64,000 nt of DNA. Source: the human T2T-CHM13v2.0 reference genome, Homo sapiens. The stretch's first letter is position 1, and every line of letters begins with the position of its first letter. The notes under the pieces are model-generated. The model was not told the DNA's origin. It made no database searches and was given only the letters and a program-made list of their open reading frames with translations. Positions 1-12,015 of the stretch are shown here, in pieces. The translations under genes were made by a program, and so were the position numbers. The stretch is from the NCBI RefSeq assembly GCF_009914755.1, contig NC_060934.1, one strand, 5' to 3'.

Positions 1-93
1 GCCAGGCTGGTCTTGAACTCCTGGCCTCAAGTGATCCACCCACCTCAGCCTCCCAAAGTGCTGGGATTAGAGGTGTGAGTCACTGCGCCTGGC
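1..93 (-). mobile_element. Alu, 5' part (cut by window edge)
   Basis: gccaggctggtcttgaactcctggcctcaagtgatccacccacctcagcctcccaaagtgctgggatt is the reverse complement of the Alu left arm. Confidence 0.95.
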
Positions 94-652
94 AGAAAAA
101 TTAAAAATTGAAAAGTTTAAGTCCTATGCAACTTTATGAGAACTGACAGAGACAGAAACTAATGGATTACCAAGCTACCAAAGTTCCACAAGGAAGAAAA
201 ACTCCCAGTGCAGAGCCAGGCATTTTACTAAATGGTGAGGGAAATAAGAACTTGACAACTATTGGGTCAACTTTTCGGTGATGTTGCATTAACAAGAGTT
301 GCTTTTTTGGATATCTATTTCAGTTCTAGCTTACTTTTGTGAATACAGATTTACATAAACTTGCTGGCATCATTAAGAATCACAATGCCTTCTTCCTTTT
401 AATCTCTTAAAGCATTTCTTCATTAGTCCCCTTCTTGAGGCAAAAAATAATTTCAAAAGACTTCTGGTAGTAAAGTGTCCATGATGTCAAAAATACTTAG
501 TACCATGAAACAGGAAACCAAGTAGTCCCATATCAGGAGTCAGAGAGATTTGTATTTACAAAGCTCCCTGAGCTACTCAATAAAAAGTCAAAGCACATCA
601 GGAGCACACAAAGATCTGCATTTTTCATGAGATTCATTTTATAAAAATCAAA

Positions 653-878
653 ATTTATTGTTCACTTCCTATGTGCCAGAAACCAAACAAGAATTTTCAC
701 ATATCTAATTGAATCTTCAAAAACACCTATAAAATAGATATTATTATTATCATCATCATGATTTTACAGATAAGAAAATTGAAAGTTAGAAATGTAACTT
801 TATGAAGGTCATATGGACAGTAATTGGTGGAACTGAGATTTGAGTCAAGGTTTATGTGACTCCAAAGTCCATTCTCTT
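653..878 (-). mobile_element. MIR SINE
   Basis: attttacagataagaaaattgaaagttaga...aaggtcatatggacag...gatttgagtcaagg...tgactccaaagtcc resembles the MIR core, reverse orientation. Confidence 0.8.
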
Positions 879-1569
879 GACTTATACATTACAGTAGTTC
901 TATAAAAGGCAAGTCATTTGCTCACCTATTCTATTCCCCAAACTCTCTTTCAATCAATTTTATGAAGAGCCTTTTTAAACCCACAGTTATTACTCAGGTA
1001 AGTTTGAGGAACGTTCAGCTGCCACCCTGCTGCAACTTAAATAATTTCCTAAGTCTCTACTACGACTGCTGCCCCTATTGCAGAAAATAAAACAGGAAAA
1101 ACTTGTAGAAATTAGAATTCTCGTTTTATTGAAACATCACACAGGCCAATGTGATGAGACAATGACTAAGGAGCAACTGCCTTTGCTCTTCTGGATTCCG
1201 TGGTGGGAACTAACTTTGGATCCTCACCCTGCAGGATCCCCTGCTATATGACCCTACTTGCCCAATACTCCACTTCATCAAGGTGAAGTGACCCACCAAG
1301 AGAGACTTTCAGGGTCTGGGCATTACCAGGTAGTTTCTAAATGGTAATCAACAAGCCAATTTTGCTATTGATAGAAGATTGTAGGATGGGGACGTGTAGA
1401 AATTTGCAAGGTTTAAATACATCTGATTTTAAGGTTTGTGGTCTTCAGTTTAACAAACCATCTTTCTAGTACAGCAATTTATAATATTGACTCTATAATG
1501 CTGGCTGTTGCAATAGTAGATCAATGACAATATTAAGGGATGATGAGACTATTCCAGTTTACAAGTGTG

Positions 1570-1770
1570 CTGTACTGGAAAGAGAACATGTTTGAGGCCA
1601 AAAGACCTGCGATTTGGTCCCAGTTAATATGGCTTGCATAAACTACTTAAATTTTTTGTTTCATTTCCTAATTAGTAAAACCAAACGGAAAAGATAACAA
1701 AAAATAAGCTCCAGGGCTTTTTATAAATAAGCTACCAATTTGAAAATGTTCTGTAAACTATGATGTGTTA
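1570..1770 (+). mobile_element. MIR SINE (degenerate)
   Basis: ggaaagagaacatgtttgaggccaaaagacctg...tttcctaattagtaaaa resembles the MIR 5' region and core. Confidence 0.5.
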
Positions 1771-3324
1771 AACAGTATCAGGCACTGCTCTGTTTAAATA
1801 GAAAATATGATTTAGTCTGTATGTCATATAACATTTTAGGAAGCTTTTAGGACTTACAAACATCTTATTAATAAGTTTATAAATTTTATTCTCTTTTAAA
1901 AGGTGTATTTTCATGTCTCTTTTGAATTTGAGTTTTTCAGATAAAAGATGCCTATTTTATTCTGGCTGAAAGCATGAACAGAATAAACAATGAGCTCTGT
2001 GAAGAATGTTCTATGAACCCGAATCAAACTCAAACTCCTGTGTCACTCCGGTACGCCTGATCACTGGATATAACCACGTATTGGTCCAGTGAGTATTCAT
2101 GTTTAACAATTAAGATAATTACTGATTTCCACTGCTATTTCCATTGTCACTTCGTAAGTCATGCATTATTGGTCTTTTAATATTTTGTTCTCATTGACCA
2201 CAGACTCTAAATCATTATATGTTAGTTACAGACCTTTACAATGCCTACTGGCATTTGCCACTGGTGACAACAATAATAAATGATGTTGAGCTGAAGCTAG
2301 TAGGAATGAATACAGAAAGTAAAATGATAATAAATAACTGTCACTCCATTACTAAACAGTGCCTGGTTCTAGCGCATGTGCAATACAGCAGAGTCTGCAT
2401 GATCCAAGAACTAAAAAGGCATTTACTCTTTAGAAACAGCAACAACAAAAAAGAAATCCATTTACTCATCTTGTGCTGTGACCCCAAATTCCACACTGAG
2501 CATGGCATGAGTATTTAAAGACTTCTCAACAGAATCTCCTTCAATATCTTATAGTATCTTCTCAAAGTGAGAGTGTGTGTGAAATGTGCCAAAAGTTACA
2601 CTCAGTGCAATGGATATGAAATTACAGCAATTACAGCTAGAATGTGACAATAATGTCTCAGATGGATAAGAGATTGAAGATATAAATGTCATTTTATTAT
2701 TATAAGGAGTATGGAACACAGATATTAGTATAAAGAATATGGGACTCAAGAATACGAGATGTCTGGTAGATATTGTAAAACCTATCTAAATATAATGTTG
2801 GTTCTTGTTGGGTGATTTGGGTGGGGACCAAATCTGAGCTATCCTTTTCCTTGGCCATCTGTCTCATAAACTTAACTTATGAGAGTAGAATCTGTTGTAA
2901 TAAACTCACAAGGCAGATATAATGTAAGGGGTGTTATTGGTACCAAATTATCTACAATATAAAATAATTTCTCTTCAAAATTTAAAGGAAAATTTGTGTC
3001 TTCCCCTTGTCAGACAGCTGTGACATCCTTTGCTCTGTCCTCTTTCTCATTCCATTAATGATACATCAGGTTTATTGCTCTGGTGGTGGTCTATCTGTTT
3101 GTTTTTTAGTAAAGGACTTATCATAACTTTATTTCCTAAGTAAACTGACATGTGGCAATCACAGAAGGTCTGAGTCTGAAGACATAATCCTCTTACTACA
3201 CAAGTTACATAAATTTGAGCCTTAGTGATCTTATTAGTAAAACTGGAATAATATTAATATAGCAAATTTAATGTAAAAATTAAGTAAATAATATATATGG
3301 AGTAATTTTCTTTTATTATTTTCT

Positions 3325-3750
3325 TCCAATAAGCAGAGTCTGAGATTGGAAGGTAGTTTGTTTTGGAAATAGATATTAGTAAACGGAACTGGGAGCCTGG
3401 GAAGAACGAATCAGGAAAGAAAGGAGAGCCAGTCTAAAGACACAGTATCAACATGGTTACTACTTGATCCTACTGGGGACCCTTTCAGGTTCTGTGGAAA
3501 ATGCATTTCCAAATTGTCCATCTTAGAAACAGAATAGGGTTATTGGTCAAGAGTTGCTCTATGTGGGGTTCGTGCCTCATATGAGGTTGTATATGTATTA
3601 TCATGACTGAGCAGTTATCAGAGGGATTCCACATAGTAGTTGCTAGGGAGCCCCAATGCAGGAAGTGAATAAAATCCAATTATTTGGGATTTATGCAGAG
3701 GATATTTATAAGAGCAGAGAGTAGCCAGGTTGAATATAATGTTGCCACCA
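3325..3750. mobile_element. Old ERVL-class solo LTR fragment (LTR16/LTR33-like)
   Basis: aagcagagtctgagattggaaggtagtttgttttggaa... resembles the terminus of old ERVL LTRs; family uncertain. Confidence 0.35.
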
Positions 3751-4049
3751 GTAGATTTCGTGGTCAGGGATCTATCTTGTCACTAAACAGTGGTGAGGTT
3801 TTCACCCAGTGGCATTCCGAATGAACTGGATTATCCGAGAACTGTACGCAGCAGAACACTAATGCAAGATGCAGAGCAGTTTCAGGGTAGTTTCCACAAC
3901 ATTAGAAGCAGTGGCTTCTATGAAAAATTCTTAAGATTCAGAATCATAGAGATCATCAAGTTTGTAACCTATAATGGGCAGCCAGTCATCTAGCTGGCCT
4001 GGCCTATACTTTGGACCAAGAACAAAAATACAAATGAAAATAGTAGTAA

Positions 4050-4262
4050 TAAGAAGTTTACCATCGTATATAATGTGGAAATTTTTGAAACACTTCCATA
4101 TGCATTATCTTATTTGAAGTTACCAGTGATGCTGTGAGAAACTATGGTATTATTCATCTCATTTTTCAAATGAATAAATTTGGTTTTCTAACCAAGTCTT
4201 CATCGTCTACAAGTGCTAAGCCAGAATAAAAACTGAGGTGTGTTTATCCTAATTCCAGCATT
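4050..4262 (-). mobile_element. MIR SINE
   Basis: cacttccatatgcattatcttattt...gctgtgagaa...ctcatttttcaaatgaataaatt resembles reverse MIR. Confidence 0.6.
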
Positions 4263-5559
4263 CTAAAAAGAGCCTTAATTTTAACAAAATTTCCTTTGGT
4301 CAATTACTTTGCAAGCCTTGACACCTACACTTTACCTTCAGTGGCATCAGCCTGAGTGAACCACGCACCCACTTCCCTGAAAGCAAGAGCAAAGCTTACT
4401 TTTAGCAAAATGTATTTCCAATTCAATTTCCATTCATAAGATGTGATCTCTACCAATGATGCCAACTAGATTTGAAGGAAACTAAATCCAGATGCTGTGT
4501 GACCCTAGACAGTTTTCAACACAAATTGGCTAGTAGAGGGCTGACAAATAACCCAAATAATCTGTAAGAAATGGAAACTCAAGAAAGTAGCATTTCCCAA
4601 TATATTACCAAATACTATCTGTCTGGCTATGTGATAATGGTGTCTACTCAAAGAACATTTTTTCTCCACTGAAATGAAATATTCCTATTACCAAAATTTG
4701 AGATAAGCAATGTTTCTGATAAAACACAGGTTTTGTTTTCTTGGCTGATATATATTATTTCTAGGCAATCTGAATGTCTGAAAACATGGAACTTTCCCAA
4801 ATTTATCTTTTCCCATATTATGTTTTACCATATTTTCTGTATTTTATAGTAAATGAGAAAATACTTAGCGCACTGTAAAAACAAATATGTAGATGCAAGA
4901 TATTATTGTTAATAAAAAGATATAGTTAAGCTCTAATGAGATAGCTTTTTAAACATTCATTTCACATATGTCAAAGTAGATAAACAAACAAAATATTTTA
5001 CATAATATGTTGTGGGATTTTAAAAAGGCAATCAAAAAGAATAGTAGAAACAGAATGTGACTCTCTGCATCTGTTTAAAATTAGATATTTTTCAGTGTAT
5101 TTATCTTATATTACATTCTTAGGGAATAGAAATCCAAAGGATTCTAGGTAAAATTTGGTAAGGACTAAAGTTGTTTTTTCTTCTTCAAATCAGTTTCCAC
5201 AAGCCATAGATTACAATAGAATATCAAAACATGTGAGGAATATCAACATTTTTTTTAAGGAAATGTGCACTAACACTCATTGTGACATGGAGTTAACCAA
5301 ACGGGTCTTTGCTTGAAATGTTTCTGCAGAGCTTGTATAACAATATGTCTACAAAAACAGAGTATGCGCCAGCCTTTCAATATAAGTGCTTCAACATCAG
5401 ATACAACCATAAGAGGCCAGAAAACAGAGGGAAAGGTTAGGAATTTGCTTCCATCTCCAAATTTTATGTCACCGAATTTAACTAACTTAATAATAATATT
5501 AATAATGATGATCATGATAATCCTACTATTGTTGCTGCTGCTATTACTACTATGAATGA

Positions 5560-5775
5560 TAGTAACTAACAGTTATTGAGAAGTTACTATGAACTAGGCA
5601 CTATATAAGTGGTCTGTTAGTTGACTCAGTTAATTCCCACAGTAATCCTCATATGAAGGATACTATTAGTATCTCTGCTTTACAAATGAGGGAACTGAGG
5701 TACAGAGAAGCTAATTGACTTTCCCAAGTAACACTCCAGAAGGAGGTGGCAGATGCACATGCATTCCCAGGAAGG
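5560..5775 (-). mobile_element. MIR SINE
   Basis: ttattgag...actaggcact...tttacaaatgagggaactgaggtacagagaagctaattgactttcccaag is the reverse MIR core. Confidence 0.85.
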
Positions 5776-5955
5776 CTTAGGCACTGTGCTGTACTACGTG
5801 GGTTTCAGATCCAAGGTTTGTTGTCTGGTCTGTAGTTGCAAGCGATAAGTGGCTAGGATGCCAAACTTTCACAGATACCCAGGCACTGGGTGGGAGTAAA
5901 GTGAAGTACAATATCTCAGAGTAATTCAGAAATTAGAATAACATATTTGGAGTTG

Positions 5956-6007
5956 TGTGGTGGTGGTGGCAGTGGTGGTGGTGGTGGTGGGGTGTGTGTG
6001 TGTGTGT
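5956..6007. repeat. (GTG)n followed by (TG)n simple repeat
   Basis: Directly visible. Confidence 0.9.
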
Positions 6008-6427
6008 TTGGGGGCAGGCACAGGAGAAGTTATTGTAGAGAAAGAAAAGTAGATTATTGACTCAGACGAGTTTTCTTCTCCACTAGAATTCCCGAGTATA
6101 TTTACAACTTCTTCGTTTCTTTTTTCTAGTCTAAGCAAACATGTACATATTTCACTTTTATATTCCCATGACTCCTATAAAGATCAAAAGCAGTATGGAG
6201 TGATTCACTACATGACCTGAAATGGACTTACTGTGAGCTCTCAAGATAGAGGAAAATAATTCCCCTCATGTGGTTTCCCTTAATGCTAAGGCTTTTCTCC
6301 ATGTGCTTCACAGAACTAGCTCCAGATCCAGGAGTCCCACCCATTAGAGGCTGCCTAGATTGACAAAGGGAGGGCACAGCCTTCAGTGACACAGTACATG
6401 GTTCTCCCACCAGTTGAAGTGACATAC

Positions 6428-6520
6428 CCTATCAGTTTTCCCTTCGGTCTGAATGCTGGTGTGACTGCGGACCTCGTGTTCCTCTTCAAGGTCAGAAACA
6501 TCCTCCAGTTCCTCTGGGGT
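6428..6520 (-). CDS. CTNNA3: Internal coding exon of catenin alpha-3 (alpha-T-catenin), 93 nt, phase 0-0; probably exon 14 (numbering from memory)
   Basis: Reverse complement reads ...gttttgctttctttttatag|ACC CCA GAG...GAT AGG|gtatgt, with canonical AG (6521-6522) and GT (6426-6427). It translates without stops to TPEELEDVSDLEEEHEVRSHTSIQTEGKTDR, which I recognise as the alpha-T-catenin M3-to-actin-binding-domain linker (alpha-E-catenin paralog: TPEELDDSDFETEDFDVRSRTSVQTE). Confidence 0.96.
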
Positions 6521-6539
6521 CTATAAAAAGAAAGCAAAA

Positions 6540-7177
6540 CATTGCTAGTGGGAATGTAAAAGCATTTCTTCTTTGGAAAACAACGCGGCAGTACCTTAAA
6601 AGGGTAATCATAAAGTTACCATATGACCCAGCAATTTCACTCCCAGTTATATACTCAAGAGAAAGGAAGGCATATGTCCACACAAATACGTATACACAAA
6701 TGTTCACAGGAGCATCAGTCATGATAGCTAACAAATGGAAACCAAATGTATGCTTACTGATGAATGGATAAACAAAATGTGGTGCATGTGTACAATGGAA
6801 TATAATTTGGCCATAAAAAGGAGCAAAATACTGATACACACCACAACACAGGTGAACCTTGAAAACATCATCCTAAGTGAAGGGAGCCAGCCACAAAAGG
6901 CCACATATTGTATGATCCTGTTTACATGAAATGTCTGCAATTGGCAAATCTATAGCAATAGAGATTTAATTAGTGTTTGCTAGGTGCTGGGGAAAGGGGA
7001 AATGGGCAATGACAGCTGATGGGTATGTGGTTTCTCTTTGAGATGATAAAAATGTTCTGCAGTTAGATAGTAGGAATGATCACAAACCCTTCTGAATATA
7101 CTAAAAAACACTGAGTTTCATACTTCAAAATGGTGAGTTTTATGGTATATGAATTATATCCCAATAAATTGTGAGAG
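6540..7177 (+). mobile_element. L1MB-type 3' fragment, flanked by a 15-bp TSD
   Basis: cattgctagtgggaatgtaaa...catatgacccagcaatt...gaatggataaacaaaatgtgg...gaattatatcccaataaa; identical aaaaagaaagcaaaa at 6525-6539 and 7178-7192. Confidence 0.9.
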
Positions 7178-7419
7178 AAAAAGAAAGCAAAAAAATGATC
7201 ACAGGGAAAATTTTATTTCAGTGAATAGCAATTTGGCTACCCACTATGTGGTTACTGCAAACCAAGATGCTTACAATTGATAAATGCATTAGATAATCAT
7301 CATTAAAATCATATATCATCAAAATGCCACCAGAAATTATCAAGAAATTAAAATTTTAGGGACTTAATAAATAATTCAACTTGAAATTCAGTGTCTATTA
7401 TAAAGAGTTAGCTAACTTC

Positions 7420-7690
7420 CATTCCTTCTTTCAATTTCAGCTTAAATGCCTCTTTCTCAGGGAGGTGTCTTGCTCAGGAATCCTCTAGACTGGGCTGGAT
7501 TCCCTGCCAAGTGTTTCCTAGCCCCCTCTACTTTATCTGCCATAATGATCATTATACTTTAATATATCATCGCTGAATTAGGCAGCTAATTGTTGAATTG
7601 TCTATTCTGTGAGGCAGGGACATGTCTTCCTTGTCATTTTTGCAAATACAGGTCAAAGTGCTTAACAAGAATTAGCCTAGTATTTGTTTT
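7420..7690 (+). mobile_element. L2 3' fragment
   Basis: tttcagcttaaatgcctctttctcagggagg...gtgaggcagggacatgtctt resembles the L2 3' end. Confidence 0.65.
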
Positions 7691-7715
7691 AGTGCACAAG
7701 GTCTCAACTTAATAT

Positions 7716-7926
7716 ATTTTTTTTATTTCAATAGCTTTGGGGATACAAGTGGGTTTTGGTTACACAGATGAAATGCATGAATGTGAAGTCTGAGATTTTA
7801 GTGAGCTCTTCATCCAAGTAGTACACATTGTGCCCAATATGTAGCTTTTCATTCCTAATCTCTCTCCCATCCTCCCTGCTTCTGAGTCTCCAATGTCCAT
7901 TATTCCACTCTGTATGATTCCTTTGC
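7716..7926 (-). mobile_element. L1PB/L1MA 3' end
   Basis: T-tail then tttcaatagctttggggatacaagtgggttttggttacacagatgaa...ctgagtctccaatgtccattattccactctgtatg. Confidence 0.85.
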
Positions 7927-8199
7927 TACAAAATCCTGGTGACAAACCCAGAAAATAAGTATTTAGGTTTCATAGAAAACAACCAAAAACGAAGTAGAAG
8001 ATGTCCTTGGGCCTGCATCTTTCATGCACATATGGCTGCTGAAGACTGGAAATGGGCAGAGCCCATCTCCTTAGACTAGCTCTGGTTTGCCTTAAACGTT
8101 GCTTTACACACAGACATTCTGTTTATTGTCAGGGCTGCCAATAGCCTTTCATCCCTTGGGAGCACTCCAGAGATGGGGACATTTGATGATTAGCTCATA

Positions 8200-8750
8200 T
8201 TATATAGCAAAACTACCAATTTCCTATTCATTAATGGCTTCAGATTCTTTCTCATCTCATAGATCTTTAAACAGCACTTTCTTTGTTCTCACACACTTGC
8301 ACTGAGCAATACCCATCCCTTTGCAGAAGAGCATTTTGCATTTATTTCAACCAATTCCTATCAGATATCAACATCCCCCCTCTCGCCAAAGCCTTCAATG
8401 TGCTATTTTTTATCTCCGTGTTGATCTCTTTGCAATCCTTCTTTGCTGCAACTACATGCAGCTATTATCTTAGGACAATTTATTCTTTCTTCTTAGGTAT
8501 TAATAGCACAAGTTCATTACGATGTAATTTCTATACAATCATATATCGCATTATTAGCCTTTTTGTGCATTCTTGTCACAGCATTCTTGAGAAAGCATCT
8601 TTGCAATTTCCCTCCTTGTTATATCACCAGGCCCTATAACATTTGAACAAATTCAGTTAATCAAATTCTCTTTCTTGTGCCCTGTTGTTTTGCAACTGAA
8701 GGCTGTCTGGTGTCCCTACTGTGATCTATTCCTTATAAATGTCTGCTGTT
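8200..8750 (-). mobile_element. Putative ancient non-L1 LINE reverse-transcriptase fossil (RTE-X/L4-like)
   Basis: Minus-strand degenerate motifs GPGDI (8620-8634), LLIPKK (8489-8506) and CLKIYE (8256-8273), spaced like the LINE RT motifs PG.DGI / IPKKG / CFIDYEKAFD; frameshifted, with stops. Confidence 0.45.
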
Positions 8751-9035
8751 TATTACTTGGGTTATATCCTATCATGCAATGACAAATAACTTCATCATCC
8801 ACTCCTATAGTTTATTCAACCCCCAAATAAAGTAACAAACTAAGAACAATTGCTGCTATCAGAAGTCACAAGTGCCATTTTTGTTGGGGATGCTGTACGA
8901 AGAGATAAGCCTACCATTTACACCCACATACTTCTGTGTTTTTCTTTGTGTTTAACACAGGATTAATAGTTTTCTTGCAAAGCTACAAAAACTGACCTCT
9001 TCTTTTCATGAACAAAATCAGTGGGGAAGTGTTCA

Positions 9036-9530
<495 letters not shown>

Positions 9531-9590
9531 CTAGATCATGCCTTCTTAAAATTGTCTGCTTCTACCTATCTGGTAAACATCTGGAAGTTT

Positions 9591-9637
<47 letters not shown>
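9591..9637. repeat. (TG)n microsatellite, one interruption
   Basis: Directly visible. Confidence 0.95.
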
Positions 9638-9639
<2 letters not shown>

Positions 9640-9676
9640 CTAATCAATTTCATTCTGTGAAAGATTAACTATCTTA

Positions 9677-9897
9677 GAGGCAGTGTTATATATTAGAAAG
9701 GCCCTATAATATTGAGTAATGCAGACCTGAATTTGAGTTCTGGTCCTCTAATGAGTGATTATGGGCAATATGTGTTCTCTTTTAAAGTTTGTTTCCCTCA
9801 GAATAAAATTCGGATAATAATACCTAATCCCAAAAGTTGTTGTGAGGCTCAATTACACTAAGATGCTTTGGGTAAGAGCTTAGCCCACAGACCTAGC
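9677..9897 (+). mobile_element. MIR SINE
   Basis: gcagacctgaatttgagttctggtcct...ataataatacctaatcccaaaagttgttgtgagg. Confidence 0.8.
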
Positions 9898-10574
9898 TGG
9901 ATTGTGGCAAAAGTTTATTTCTGTTTGTTGCTTTTCCTCTTCTTTCTCCACTACCTTATACCTCATCCCAATATACACCTTTATATTTTTATTAAACATT
10001 TATGTAAATTTATCCAAATTTTAATCACCTTTATTCCAAATTTAATAATTTTAATCCAGTATAATCCAAATTTATTTTTGATTTGGAACTTTGGATAAGC
10101 CACCTATGTTTCTGTCCTTTAGATTCTACACAGACATTATTTTGGGTTGACATGGTACATTTACTAGTTGCCTCTAGTTACAGTTACCTGAGTTTGATTA
10201 TCTAATGTCATTGTGCTAAACAGGGTTTAATATAATTACCCATGCACTGCTTCCTTCTAAAATCCATGTAAGAGATCTCTTTTAATTGGACTTTAATCAT
10301 GTCTAACAGCGAAATTATCTCTTAAACTGGCCTCAGCAAAGATTCACTCTAGCATGATTCTCAGGGATGATGGAAATAATTTGTCTTCTTTAAGCTGGGC
10401 TGTCTCTAAACCAGACAAAGATGAAGAGAGCCCATTTTTTCAGAAAAAGTGTTAATCAATGCAGACATTAACGTTATTTCTCATATCAGAATTGTGGAGA
10501 TATATTTCATATTTTCCTATTTTACCTCTGGCTTATTATGGTGTCTTCCTTAGGCAGCCCAAAAGTGATTTGGA

Positions 10575-10740
10575 ATAGGCTTAGTTTCTTCACCTGTAAA
10601 ATAGCACAAATACTACCTAATTTTTAGGGTTATTGTAAAGATAAAACAAGATGACGGACTAGAACATTATTCGGTGACTGGGAAATACTGAATTATTAAT
10701 ATTGTTTATGAATATTATAGATTATCATTACTGTTGCTAT
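10575..10740 (+). mobile_element. MIR SINE (core and 3' part)
   Basis: ttagtttcttcacctgtaaaatag...tactacct...agggttattgtaaagataaaa. Confidence 0.75.
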
Positions 10741-11589
10741 CTCACTTGATTCAAGCAAAAGAAGCCAAAAACAAATATAGAAGTTGAAGCTGAAAACATT
10801 CAGGCTGAGGTGTTTACATAGAAGCCAGGACAGCAATGACATAGTAGTAATACATTAAGACTTCAGGGTCACAATACATTTCATATATATATCCTTTTTC
10901 CCACAAGGAGTTCAATCCTTTCTATAGACATTATCTCACTAATCCTTTCAGGATCCCTAATGAAACAGGTGGCATTATTACAATTAAAAATTCACTTGCG
11001 CAGACTTTATAAATATTTAATATTAAAATACAAAAAAGAAATTTGTGGTTGCTAAATTTTAAAGAAGAGAGAAAAAAACACAGGAAGAAAATAAAAAAGA
11101 AATAAAAAGTATTAAAAATACTGTGGAAAACAAGAGTCATGCTTGGCTTCTTCTCAGAATTATGTTTGAATTCTAAACCATACACATGACTTATTAAAAA
11201 TATAATTCACTGGCTAGCTTTCACTGACTTACTAAAATCAAATAACCACCACAGTAATGTCAGGAGTGGTCTCGCACTCAGAGAAGCTCTTAGGAAACAT
11301 GCTATGAATGTCCATCCCAAGCAGGAGACTAACGTCACATGTTCAATGATTTCATTCCAGCTGAGGTAGTAACGTAGGATGATTTTGCAATGTCAAAATG
11401 GAGAGATCACAATTAAAATACATTTAAAAAATAAAAATATATCAATGACACAATGCCAAAATAAAGAAAATTAAGACATGGCCCTTGTTTAACACACACA
11501 CACAAACAAACACTGAAGTTCCTGCCCCACACCTTTGACCATGAGACTGGCACTCTACCTTATAAATATTCAAGAAATCAGTGACATTT

Positions 11590-12015
11590 CTGTTACACTG
11601 ACCCCTTTTCTCCTCCTCAAACATGTCCCACTTGTCAGCACTTTCCACTTAAGACTCTTTGTGTCTTTCTATTTACCCCTTCTTGCAGACTGGATCCTTC
11701 TCGGCATGGGAGCTCAGATGCTCTCTACTCAGAGAAGTCTCCCCTGGCCAGTCTAACTAAAGTTAACCCTTTTCCCCATTTCATTTATTTCTTATATTAG
11801 TGTATATATTTTCTTTAGGTCCTTTTTCATGATTTTCACCTAAAATTATATTTTTTCTTCATTTTTTTCCTTTTTTTGGCAGGTGGGTTACATTTTTTAT
11901 TTTATCCCTACTAGAACTTAACTTACATGAAAATAGGGATGTTGTTTGTCTTGTTTTCCACTCATGAAATGGCACATAGTATGTCTCAATTTTTCTATTT
12001 CTTAGCTGAATAAAG
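11590..12015 (+). mobile_element. L2 3' fragment
   Basis: ctcagatgctctctactcagagaagtctcccctggcca...ctagaacttaacttacatgaaaatagggatgttgtttgtcttgtt...tggcacatagt. Confidence 0.7.

Larger units (their letters stand above)
1..6427 (-). other. CTNNA3: CTNNA3 intron downstream of the exon; continues beyond the window
   Basis: Begins with donor GTATGT at 6427-6422; no further catenin exon seen. Confidence 0.85.

Noticed and set aside
6228-6839. ORFs 6228-6425, 6355-6537 and 6492-6839 near the exon
   Set aside because: Wrong frames or L1-derived. In-frame read-through of the real exon stops after 14 codons (VCHFNWWENHVLCH*).
8075-8185. Minus-strand NVPISG...FKAN resembling a pogo/Tigger CENP-B-type HTH
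   Set aside because: Only two short motifs, no TIRs, and upstream spacing does not fit a Tigger transposase. The adjacent sequence fits a LINE RT fossil better.
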